From the NCBI RefSeq assembly GCF_009914755.1, contig NC_060932.1: 64,000 bases of DNA; one strand, written 5' to 3'. This DNA is from the human T2T-CHM13v2.0 reference genome, Homo sapiens. The first letter of the stretch is position 1. Each line of letters starts with the position of its first letter. This document shows, piece after piece, positions 44,301 to 56,376 of this stretch. A model generated the notes under the pieces. That model was not told the origin of the DNA. It saw only the letters and a list, made by a program, of their open reading frames with translations, and searched no databases. The position numbers and the translations under genes were made by a program.

Positions 44301-47300
44301 GCCTGCAGTGAAAAACGAAATATCCCCAGATAAAAACTAGAAAGAGGAAATCTGTAAAATTGCTTTGTGATGTGTGGATTCATCTCACAGAGTTAAACTT
44401 TACTTTTGATCAGCATGTTGGAAACAGTCTTTCTGAAGAATCTGCAAAGAGACATTTGGGAGCCCATTGTGGCCTTTGGTGAAAAACAGAATATCCCCAG
44501 AAAAAAAGTAGAAAAAACTATCTGTGAAACTGCTTTGTGATATGTGGATTCATCTCACAGAGTTAAACTTTAATTCAGCAGTTTCTAAACTCTGCTTTTG
44601 TAGAATATTTGAAAAGGCATTTGGGAGCCCATTGAGGCATAAGGTGAAAAATATCCCAAGACAAAAAAAAGAAAGAAATATCTGTAAAACTGCTTTGTGA
44701 TGTGTGGATTCATCTCAGAGAGTTATATATTACTTTTGACTCAGCAGGCTGGAAACACTCTTTAAGCACTCTTTTTGTAGAATCTGTGAAGGGACATTTG
44801 GGAGAACATTGTAGCCTATGGTGAAAAACTGAATATCCTAGATAAAAACAAGAAAGAATTTCTCCATGAAAGTACTTTCTGATGTGTGCAGTCATCTCAC
44901 AGAGGTAAGCTTAAATTTTCTTTCTGCAGACCGGTAACACGTCTTTGTAGGATCTGCGAAGGGACATTGTTTAGGCCATTGAGACCTGTGGTGGAAAACA
45001 GAATATCCCCAACTATAAACTAGAAAGAAGCTAATAGTGAAATTCCTTCATGATGTTTGGATTCATCTCACAAAGATAATCCTTTCTTTTCATTCATTCG
45101 GTTTTAAGCTCTCTTTTTGTAGGATATGTGAAGGGACATTTGAGAGCTTATTGAGGCCTATAGTAAAAAACAAAATATCCTCAAATAAAAACTAGAAAGA
45201 AGCTATGTGTGAAAGTGCTTGATGATGTGTGCATTCATCTCAGAGAGTTAAACTTTTTTTTTTATTCAGTGGGTTGGAAACACTCTTTTTGTAAAACCTG
45301 CAACAGTATATCTGGGAGAGCATTGAGGCCTAAGGTGAAAAACTGAATATACAAAGATAAAAACTAGAAGGAAGTTATCTGTGAAACTGATTTTTTGAAG
45401 TTTGGATTCATCTCATGAAATTAAACCTTTCATTTGGTTCAGCAGGTTGGAAACACTCTCTTTATAGAAACTACTAAGGGACATTTGAAAGCCTATTGAG
45501 GCCTATGGTGAAAAATAGAATATCTCCAGATAAAAACGAGAAAGAAGTTATCTGTGAATCTGCTTTGTGATGTGTGCATTCATCTCATAGCGATAAAAGT
45601 TTCTTTTGATTTGACTGGTTGGAAACACTCTTTTCATAGAATCTGGGAAGAAACATTTTTGGGCCCCTTAAGGACTATGGTGAAAAATCAAATATCCCCA
45701 GCTAAAACAAAAAAGCAGTTATCTTTGAAAGTCCTTTGTGATGTGTGGATTCATCTCACAGAGTTAAGTCTTTCTTTTGATTTAGCAGTTAGGAAACACT
45801 TTTTTTGTAGAATCTGCAAAGTGACATTTGGGAGCCCATTGAGGACTATGGTGAGAAACCAAATATCCACAGATTAAAACGAGTAAGAAGCTGTCTGCGA
45901 ATGTGCATTGTGATGTCTGGATTCATCACACAGGGATACAACTTTCTTAAATGCAGTAGGTTTTATGCACTCTTTTTTTAGAGTCTGCGTAGGGACAGTT
46001 GGGAACCCTTTGAAGACTGTGGTGAAAAAACATATATTCCCAGATAAAAACTAGAAGCAAGCTATCTACAAAACTGCTTTGTGATTTGTAGATTCATCTT
46101 ACAGTGTTAAACCTTTCTTTTGAATCTGTACATTGGAAAAACTTTCTTTGTAGAAGCTGCAAAGAGACATTTAAGGGGCAATTGAGGCCTATGGTGAAAA
46201 ACTAATTATCCCCAGAAAAAAAAAAGAAAAAAGTTATCTGTGAAACTGCTTTGTAATGTATGGATTCAAGTCACAAGGTTAAACAGATCTTTTGATTCAG
46301 CTGGTTACAAACACTCTTTTTGTAGAATCTGTGAAGAGACATTTGGTAGTGCATTGAGGCCTATGGTAAAAAAAAAGATTATCCCCCTAAAGAAAACAGA
46401 AAAAAGCTATTTGTGAAACTGCTTATTGAGGTGTAGATTCATCTCACAGAGTTAAACCTTTCTTCTGATTCAGAAGATTGGAAACACTCTTTTTGTGGAA
46501 TTTGTGAGGGGACATTTGAGAGCCCGTGGAGGCCTAGGGTAAAAAATTGAATATCCCAAGATAAAAACGAGAAAGAATCTATCTGTGAAAGTGCTTTGTA
46601 ATGTGTGGATTCATCTCCCAGGGTTAAACATTTCTTTTGATTCAGCATGTTGGAGACACTCTTTTGTAGAAACTGCAAAGGGAAATTTGAGAGCCCATTG
46701 AGTCCTATGGTGAAAAACTGAATATCCCAACATAAAAACTAGAAAGAAGATAGCTAAGATAGTGCTTTGTAATGTGTGGATTTATCCCACTGAGATAAAC
46801 CTTTCTTTTGATTCAGTGTGTTTTAAGCACTCTTTTTGTAGCATGTGCAAAGGGACATTTGAAAGCTGATTGGGTCATATAATGAAAAACAGAATATGCC
46901 CAAATAAAAACTAGAAAGAAACTGTCTGTGACACTGCTTTGTGATGGGTGGATTCATTTCACAGAGTTAAAACTTTCGTCTTATTCATCTGTTTGGAAAC
47001 GCTCCTTTTGTAGAATGTGTTAAAGGACATTTGAGAGCCCATGGAGGCCTAAGGTGAAAAACTGAGTATACCCAAATGAAAACCCTCTGTGAATCTTCTT
47101 TGTGATGTGTGTATTCATCTCAGAGGGTTACACCTTTCTTTTGATTCAGCAGGTTGGAAACACTCTTTTTGTATAATCTGCAAAGGGACATTTGGGAGCT
47201 GATTGAGGCCTAGTATAAAAAACTGTATATGCCTAGATAAAAACTAGAAAGAAGCTATCAGTGAACCTGCTTAATGATGTGTGGATTCATCTAACAGCGC

Positions 47301-50300
47301 TAAAAGTTTATTTTGGTTAAGTAGGTTGGAAAAACTTTTTGTAGAATCTGTGAAGAGAAATTTAAAAGCCCTTTGAGGGCTATGGTGAAAAACTGAATAT
47401 CCTGAGATAAAAACAAGAAAGAAGCTATCTGTGAAACTGCTTTTGGATGTGTGGATTCATCCAAAAGAGTTAAACACTTCTTCGTGTTCAGCACGTTGGA
47501 AACACACTTCTTGGAGAATCTACAAATGGACATTTCTAAGACCATTGTAGCCTAAGGTGAAAAACCGAGTATCTTCAGATAAAAACTAGATATAAGGTAT
47601 CTGTGAAACTACTTTGTCATGTGTGGATTCATTTCACAGAGTTAAAGCTTTCTTTTGATTCAGCAGGAAGAAAACACACTTTTTGTAGAATCTGCAAAGG
47701 GACATTTGGAAGCCCATTGAGGCCTACGATGAGAAACACATTATCCAGAGGTAAAACTGGAAAGAAGTTATCTGTGAAACTGCTTTTGATGTGTGGATAC
47801 ATCTCACAGAGTTCAATGTTTCTTTTGAATCAGGAAGTTGGAAACACTCTTTTTCCAGAATCTTCAAAGAAACACTTGGGAGCCCATAGAGGCATAGGGT
47901 GAAAAATCGAATATCCCAGTATGCAAACTAGAAAGAAGCTATCTGCGAGACTGCTTTTGATGTGCAGATACATATCACAGAGTTAAACCTTTACTTTTGA
48001 TTCAGCAGGTTGGAAACATTCTTTTTGTAGAATCTGCAAAAAGACATTTCAGAACCTATTGAAGGCTATGGTGAAAAACAGAATATCCACAGGTAAAAAT
48101 TGGAAAGAAACTATCTGTAAAAGTGCTTTGTGATGTGTGGATTCATCTCAGAGTTAAACGTTTGTTTTGATTCAGCAGGTTGGAAGCTCTTCTTTTGTAG
48201 AATCTGCGAAGGGAAATTTGGCAACCCAGAGAGTCTTGTGGTGAACAATAGAATATACCCAAATAAAAATTAGAAAGAAGCTATCTGTGAATCTGCTTTG
48301 TGATGTGTGGATTCATCTCACAGGGTTAAACATTTCTTTTGATTCACTAGTTTGGAAATCCTCTTTTTGTAGAATCTGTGAAGGGACATTTGGGAGCACA
48401 TTGAGGCCTAAGGTACAAAACCAAGTATCCCAGTATACAAAGTAGAAAAAAGCTATCTGTTAAACTGATTTCTGATTTGTGGATTCATTTCATAGAGTTA
48501 AATTTTTTTTTTATTTAACATGTTGGAAGCTGTCTTTTTATGGAATCTGCAATAAGACATTTGGAAGCTATTTGAGGCCTACCATAAAAACCAGATATCC
48601 CCAGATAAAAACTAGAAACAAGCTATCATTTAAACTGTTTTGTGATGTGTCATTTCATCTCACAGAGTTAAAACCTTTCTTTTGATTTGGCAAGTTGGAA
48701 ACACTTTTGTTGTGGAATGTGAGAAGAGACATTTTGAAGCCCATTGAGGCTGATAATGAAAAGCAGAAAATCTCCATATAAAAACTTGAAAGACACTATC
48801 TGTGAAACTGCTTTGTGATGTGTGGATTCAAGTTACAGATTTAAAACCGTCTTTTGATTCAGCTGGTTGGAAACACTCTTATGTAGAATCTGTGAAGAGA
48901 CATTTTGGGGCCCTTTGAGGCCTATGGTGAAAACCAGAATATCCTCAGATAATTACTAGAAAGAATCTATCTGTGAAAATGCTTTGCTATGTGTATATTC
49001 ATCTCAAAGAGTTAAAACTTTCTTTTGATTCAGTATGTTGGAATACTTTTTTTGTAGAATCTGTGAAGGAAAATTTTGGAGCTTATTAAGTCCTATGGTG
49101 AAAAACGGAATATTCCCAGATAAAAACTAGAAAGAAGCTATCTGTGAAACTGCTTTGTGATGTGTGGACTCATCTCACAGAGTAAAACCTTTCTTTTGAT
49201 TCAGCAGTTTGGAAATACTCTTTTTGTAGAATCTCCAAAGGGACATTTGAGAGCCCATGATGATTTTTATGGTCTACCATAAAAATCTGAGGATCCTCAG
49301 ATAAAAACTAGAAAGAAGCTATCTGTGACACTGCTTGTGATGTGTGGATTCATCACAAAGAGTTAAAAGTTTTTTTGATTCAGCAGGTTGGAATCACTCT
49401 TTTTGTAGAAACTGTGAAGAGACATTTGAGAGCCCTTTGAGGCACACGCTGAAAAACCAATTATCCAAAGATAAAAACTAGAAAGAAACTATTTGTGAAA
49501 CTGCTTGGTGATGTGTCTATTCATCTCAAAATTTAAACATATATTTTGATTCAGCAGGTTTGAAACACTGTTTTGTTAGAATCCGTGAAGGGATATTAGA
49601 GAGCCCATTTAGGCATATAGTGAAAAACCAAATATCCTCACATAAAAACTAGAAAGAAACTTTCTGTGAAATTGCTTTGTGATGTGTGGATTCATCTCAG
49701 AGAGTTTAACCTTTTTTGATTCAGCAGTTTGGAAACACTTCTATTGTAGAATCTGTGAAGAGACATTTTGGAGTTCATTTAGGCCTATGGTAAAAAACAA
49801 ATATCACCAGAAAAAAGAACTAGAAATAAGCTATCGGTGAAACTGCCCTGTAATTAGTGGATTTGTCTCATGGAGTAAAACTTTTCACTTGATTCAGTAG
49901 TTTGGAAACACCCTTTTTGTAGAATATCCAAAGGAACATTTTGGAGCCCACTGAGGTTTATGTTGAAAAACCTAATATCCCCAGATAAAAACTATAAAGA
50001 AGCAAACTGTGAAGCTGCTTTGTGGTGTGTGAATTCATCTCACAGTTAAACTTTTCTTTTGATTCAGCATGTTGGAAACACCCTTTTTGTAGAAAGTCTG
50101 AAGAGACATTAGGGAGCCCTTTGATGCCTATGTTGAAAAACCGATTATCCAAAGATAAAAAGGAGAGATAAGCTATGCTTTGTGATACGTAGATTCATCT
50201 CAGAAAGTTAAACCTTTCTTTTGATTTAGCACGTTTGAAACACTCTTTTTGTAAAATGTGCAAAGGGACATTTTGGAGTCCATTGAGGCCTATGGTGAAA

Positions 50301-53300
50301 AACAGAATATCCCTACATGAAAACTAGAAAGAAGCTATATGTGAAAGTGCTTTGTGATGTGTGCATTCATCTCACACAGTTAAACCTTGCTTTTGATTCA
50401 GTAGGTTGGAAACACACCTTTTGTGGAATCCATGAAGGGACATTTGTGAACTGTTGGACTATGGTGAAAAAATGATTATTCCCAGATAAAAACTAGAAAG
50501 AAGCTACCTGGTAAACTGCTTTGTGATGTGTAGATTCATCACACAGAGATGAACCTTTCCTTTGATTCAGCAGGTTGGAAACACTTCTTTTGTAGAATCT
50601 ATGAAGGGATCTTTGGGAGTTTATTGAGGCCTATAGTGAAAAACAGAATATCACCACATAAAAGCTAGAAAGAAGCTCTCTGTCAAATTGCTTTGTGATG
50701 TGTGGATTCATTTCATAGAGTTAAACCTTTGTTTTCATTCAGCAGTTTGAAAACACTCTTTTTGTAGAAGCTGCAAAGGAACATTTGGGAGCCTATTGAA
50801 ATCTTTGGTGAAAAACCGAATATTCCCAGATAAAAACTAGAAGGAAGCTATCTATGAAGTGCTTTGTGATGTGTGGATTCATCTCACAGTGTTAAACCTT
50901 TCTTTTGACTCAACAGGTGGTAACACTCTTTTGTGAAAATCTGCAAAAAGACATTTTGGAGCACTTTGAGCCTTATGGAGAAAAACAGAGAATCCACAGA
51001 TAAAAACTAGAAAGAAGCTGTTTGTGAAAGTGTTTTGTGATGTGTGGATTCATTTCACAGAGTTAAACCATTCTTTTGATTCGGAATGTTGGAAACACTC
51101 TTTTTGTAGAATCTGTGAGGGGACATTTAAGAGCATTCAGGACTACAATGAAAAACTAAATATCCCCAGAAAAACTAGAAAGATGCTATTTGTGAAAGTG
51201 CTTTGTGATTGGTGGATTTATCTCTCTGTTAAACATTTTTTTTATTCAGCAGGTGGGAAACTGTCTTTTTGTAGAATCTCCAGGGGGACATTTTTGAGCC
51301 CATTGTGGACTATGGTGAAAAACTGAATATTTCAAGATAAAAACTAGAAAGAAACTATCTGTGAAACTGCTTTGTGATTTGTGGATTTGTATCACAGAGT
51401 TAAACCTTTCTTTTGATACAGTAGGTTGGAAACACTCTTTTTGTAGACTCTGTGAACAGACACTTGAGAGCCCATTGAGGCCTATGGTGAAAAACAAATT
51501 GTCCCTAGATAAATACTAGAAAGAACCTACCTGTAAAATTGCCTTCTGATGTGTGGATTCATCTCAAAGGGTTAAACTTTACTTTTGACTCACCAGGTGG
51601 TAGCACTCTTTTTTTTTGGAATCTGCGAAGGGTCATTTTGGAGCCCTTTTGAGCCCTATGTTGAAAAACAGAAAGTCCTCAGATAAAACCTAGAGAGAAA
51701 CTTCCTGTGAAACTGCTTTTTGATATATTGATTCATCACACAGAGATAAAACTTTCTTTTGATTCAGCAGGTTGGTAACACTTCTCTTGTAGAATCTGTG
51801 AATAAACAATTTGGAGCCCATTTATGCTTATGGTGAATGACCATTTATTGCCAGATAAAAAGTAGAAAGAAGCTATCTGTAAAACTGCTTTGTAAGGTGT
51901 AGATTTATCTCACAGAGTTAAACTTTTCTTTTCCATCAGCAGGTTGAAAACACAGCTTTTGTAGAAACTGCAAAGGGACATTTGGAATCCCACTGAGTCC
52001 TATGGGTGGAAAATTGTAAATCACCCCATAAAATCTAGAAAGAAGCTTTTTGTGAAACTGCTTTGTGATGTTTGGATTCAGGTCACAGAGTTAAACCTTT
52101 GTTTTGATTCAGCAGGTTGTAAACACTCTTTTAGAGAATCTGCAAAGCAACATTTTTAACCCATTGAAACCTATGGTGAAAAACTGAACGTCCCCAGATA
52201 AAAACTAGAAAGAAACTACCTGAGAAACTGCTTGTGATGTGTGGATTTTTCTCACAAAGTTAAACCTTTCTTTTGATTCAGCATGTTGGAAACACTTTTT
52301 TTGTAGAATCTGCAAAGGGACATTTTGGTGGCCATTGAGGCCTATGGTGAAAAACAGAATAACCCCAGATAAAAATGAGAAAGAAGCAATCTGTGAAACT
52401 GCTTTGTGATGTTTGGATTTATCTCACAGCATTGAACCTATCTTTTGATTCAGCAGGTTGGAAACACCTTTTTGTAGAATCTGTAAAGGGACATTTGGGA
52501 TTCCATTGATGCCTAAGGTGAAAAACCGAATGTCCCCAGAGAAAAACATGAAAGAAGCTGTCTGAGAATCTGCTTTGTGACGTGTAGACTCCTCTCACAG
52601 AGTCACCCCTTTCTTTCAATTCAGCAGTTTGGAAACACTCTTTTTGTAGACTCTGCAAACGGTAATTTTGGAACCCGAGTTTGCCTATGGCCAAACACCA
52701 AATATTCCCAGATAAAAACTAGAAAGAAGCTCTTTGTAAAACTGCTTTGTGATGTGTAGATTCATCTCAAAAAGTTAAACCCTCCTTTTCATTCAGCAGG
52801 TTAAAAACACTATTTTTGTAGAATCTGCAAAGAAACATAGTGGGCTTATTGAGGCCTGTGTTGCAAAACTGAATATCCCCAGAGAAAAACAAGAAAGAAG
52901 CTACTTGTGAAACTGCCCTGTGAAGTGTAGATGAATCTCACAGAGTTAATCCTTTCTTTTAATTCAGCAGGTTTGAAACACCCTGGTTGTAGATTCTGCA
53001 AAGAGTTATTTGAGAGCATTTTGAGGCCTATTATAAAAAACCGAATATCCCTAGATGAAAACTAGAAGAAAGCTCTTTGAAAAACTGCTATGTTTTGTGT
53101 AGATTCATCTGAAAGAGTTAAACATTTCTTTTCTTTCAGCAGGTTGGAAACACTCTTTTTGTAGAATCTGCAAGGGACATTTGGGCACCTGTTGATGAGT
53201 ATGGTGAAAAACCATATGTCCCCAAATAAAAACTAGAAAGAAGCTATTTGTGAAACTGCTTTGGGTTGTGTTGATTTATCTAACAGACTTGAACCTTTCT

Positions 53301-54621
53301 TTTGATTCAGCAGGTTGGAAACATTCTTTTTGTGGAATCAGCAAAGAGACATTTGGGAGCCCATTGTGGCCTATGGTGAAAAAAAAAAGAATATCCCCAG
53401 ATAAAAACTAGAAAGAAGCTATCTGTGAAATTCCTTTGTAATGAGTAGATTTATCTTACAGAGTTAAACTTATGTTTTGATTCATCAGGTTGGAAACACT
53501 CTTTTTGTAGAATCTGCACAGGGACTTCTGGAGACCATTTAAACCTATGGTGAAAACCGTATATACCCAGATTAAAAGTAAAAAGAAGTTATATGTGAAA
53601 CTTCTTTGTGATATGTGGGTTCATCTCAAGGTGTTAAACATTTCTTTTGATTCAGCTGGTTGGAAACCCTCTTTTTGTAGAATCTGCAAAGGGACACATT
53701 AACCCCCCCTTGAGAACTATGGTGAAAAACAGAATATCCTCAGATAAAAACTAGAAAGAAGCCATCTGTGAAACTGCTTTGTGATAAGTGGATTCATCTC
53801 ACAGAGTTAAGCCTTTCTGTTGATTCAGCAGTTTGGAAACTGTTTGTGTAGCATCTGCAAAGGGACTTTTGGAAGCCAAATGAGGCCAATGGTGAAAAAA
53901 AGAATATCCCCAGAAAAAAACTAGAAAGAAGCTGTCTGTGAAACTGCTTTGTGATGTTTGAATTCACCACACAGAGCTGAAACTTTCTTTTGATTCAGCA
54001 GATTGGAAACACTCTTTTTGTAGATCTGCAAAGGGACATTTAGGAGCCAACTGAAGCCAGTGTTGAAAAACTGGACATCCCCAAATAAAAACTAGAAAAA
54101 AGTGATCTGTTGAACTGCTTTGAGATGTGTGGATTCATCTCATAGCATTAAACTTTTCTTTTGATTCAGCAAATTGAAAACACTCTTTTTGTAGAATCTG
54201 CAAAGGAAATTTGGGAGCCCATTGGGGCCTATGGTGAAAACACCATAAAAACTACAAAAAATTTATCTGTGAAAAATGCTTTGTGATGTGATGATTCATC
54301 TCACAGAGTTAAACTTTTCTTTTGATTTAAAAGGACGGAAACACTTTTTTTTAAATAAAATCTGTGTAGGGATATTTGGCAGCCCATTGAGGGCTATCAT
54401 GAAAATCAAAAATCCCCAGATAAAAACTAGAAAAAAGCTATTGGTGAAACTGCTTTGTGGTGTGTGGATTCATCTCACAGAGTAAAATTTTTCTTTTGAT
54501 TCAGCATGTTGGAAACACTCTTTTTTTTTTTATAACAAAACCAGAAAGTTTATTGCATCAAACAACTTGATCATCAGTAGCAACCTGTGACACAATTGCA
54601 ACAGTTATGTTTTTGCCATAG

Positions 54622-54868
54622 GCGCCCACTGGGACACCCAATCAAGAACCATTGTTGAAGCCCATCTCAAGGAGCTGGCATGCCCTATGCCAGTTATCTT
54701 TGCAAAAGCCACCCCCGTGGACAGACAAGAAACCAAATATATCTACGAGTGCCCTGTGTACAAACCAAATGGAGAGGCCCCAGCTACATCTGGACCTTCA
54801 TGCTGAAGAGCAAAGGGAAGACTGCAAAATGGGTTCTAGCCAGAGTGGCTCTGCTGCAAGAAGTGTAA
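54622..54868 (+). pseudogene. DNAH11: Decayed copy of the DNAH11 terminal coding exon, carried antisense in the CDCA7L 3'UTR
   Basis: Reads (G)[46 protein letters not shown]/..[31 protein letters not shown], an axonemal dynein heavy chain C-terminus. It is preceded by an acceptor-like tttttgccatAG (AG at 54620-54621). DNAH11 and CDCA7L are known tail-to-tail overlapping neighbours on human 7p15.3. Confidence 0.88.
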
Positions 54869-55057
54869 GATAACACTGGCATTCCTGTAGCCTCAGCTGG
54901 AGTGCAGTGAGGATTTTCTAGCATGCTGCTGCACTGTTCTCATGCACATTAATGTAGCCTACTATAACTTTTCAGTAACTCACACGTGCATTGTTTTTTA
55001 AATGCTATCCTTAGAAAGGGGAGTGGAAATCAGAAAAAATATTAGAAACTTTTTCAG

Positions 55058-55345
55058 GGCTGTGCATTGTAGCTTATGCCTGTAATCCAAATCCCAGCAC
55101 TTTGGGAGGCTGAGGCTGGTGCATCAGGAGGTCAGGAGATTGAGACCATCCTGGATAACATGGTGAAACTCCATCTCTACTAGAACTACAAAAAAATTAG
55201 CCGGCTGTGGTAGCACTACTGTAGTCTCAGTTACTCAGGAGGCAGGAGAATCGCTTGAACCCAGGAAGCCAAGGTTGCTGTGAGCCGAGGACACACCACT
55301 GCACTCCAGCCTGGGCAACAGAACAAGACTCCATCTCAAAGAAAA
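55058..55345 (+). mobile_element. Dimeric Alu, AluS-type (Sc-like), inside the retrocopy 3'UTR
   Basis: ggctgtgcattgtagcttatgcctgtaatcc..cccagcactttgggaggctgagg..gagaccatcctgg, an A-rich linker near 55190, and a right arm ending cactccagcctgggcaacagaacaagactccatctcaaagaaaa. There is an internal aatcc duplication, a short tail, and no clear TSD. Confidence 0.93.
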
Positions 55346-55564
55346 GTGTGTCATACCTGAACATGCAAAAGCAATGCAGCCAGAAAGAAGGAAGGGAAAT
55401 TTTAATTCTTAAACAAGAAATTAAATTAAAAATTATTAGTCCTTAATCTCTTTCAAAATATAAAAGCAGGAGGCCCCAGGTGAGTCCTGAAGGAAGAGGC
55501 TAGCACTCTGTGAGGCCTCCAGTTTCTACAGTGTTGAAGGTCCCCTTTTGTTCAGTCAAGTTTT

Positions 55565-55576
55565 AATAAAAATAAA
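55565..55576 (+). promoter_or_regulatory. Tandem AATAAA-AATAAA, probable relic of the DNAH11 polyadenylation signal
   Basis: ttttAATAAAAATAAAactg lies ~700 nt downstream of the DNAH11-like stop on the DNAH11 sense strand and is not followed by poly(A). Confidence 0.5.
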
Positions 55577-56376
55577 ACTGTTCTGCAGTTAATTGAACTT
55601 TGTTCAATGTAAATTTCCAATGACCAAGAGCAGGTTAAATGATGTGTGTGGTCTATTAAACTGTGGTCACTCGTGCTAAGGCAAACTTGACCTGGAGTTA
55701 CCATTTGGGAGACCAAAGATAGATCAAGGCAGGAGCTGCTCATACAATGTTTTCTTTCTAACTTACCTGAACTTTAACCCCACCTCATTTAAATTGTGCT
55801 TTTTAATCACTGGCAGGTACTTTTAAAAGAGTTCAGCACACAAACAGGTCTGTGCATACATCTATATAGATTCCTCTGCTCTACTGTCTTCCTGAGAAAT
55901 ATTTGTAAGCATATGAACAATCTTTAAAAATATAGTAATTTCTGCAAAGAATTTCTGTATAAAAACACAACTGTAAAGAATCTTAGGCACAAATGGTATG
56001 CATATCTTGTTGGAGTATTCTATGTTGAGGTGACTGGTTCTGTTCTCCTCTTAATTGTCTTTTACCAGCTCCATTTGTAAGCTCTCCAGATATTCCTTAA
56101 TATTGTTATAACCATAAAACTTGGCCAGATGAATGAGGATTCCTGCGGCTCAGTGTCTGTCATGCTTCCAAGAGTAGCTGCAATTGCAGATCCCATGATG
56201 GGGGGACACACCCAATCCGGGTCCAGCAATGCCAATCTGACATCCTCCCCATAGCGTTTCTGCAGGCATGGTCAACAGAACTGTCCTCACACACCACAGC
56301 AACCCTCGTTCCAACACACAGTCTTGGTGTTAATGGTCTTTTCTCAACACTGATGGCATGTGTTACCCAGAACTTT

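Larger units (their letters stand above)
27192..54520 (+). repeat. Monomeric alpha satellite (block 3), including the 3959-bp tandem duplication
   Basis: Continuous ~172-bp divergent monomers in the same orientation. Confidence 0.97.
54521..56376 (-). pseudogene. CDCA7L: 5'-truncated processed pseudogene of CDCA7L (C-terminal zf-4CXXC_R1 coding part, 3'UTR, poly(A))
   Basis: Minus strand 56376-56051 translates as [56 protein letters not shown]/..[37 protein letters not shown], which I recognise as the CDCA7L C-terminus. It is intronless, with stops at 56344-46, 56287-89 and 56272-74 and a frameshift near 56200. Minus-strand AATAAA at 54549-54554; T11 at 54521-54531; likely TSD tcttttt (54519-54525 and 56377-56383). 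Confidence 0.92.

Noticed and set aside
54622-54868. Independent DNAH11 processed pseudogene or functional exon
   Set aside because: It keeps upstream intron-like sequence, has a frameshift, and poly(A) and TSD polarity point to the opposite-strand CDCA7L mRNA.
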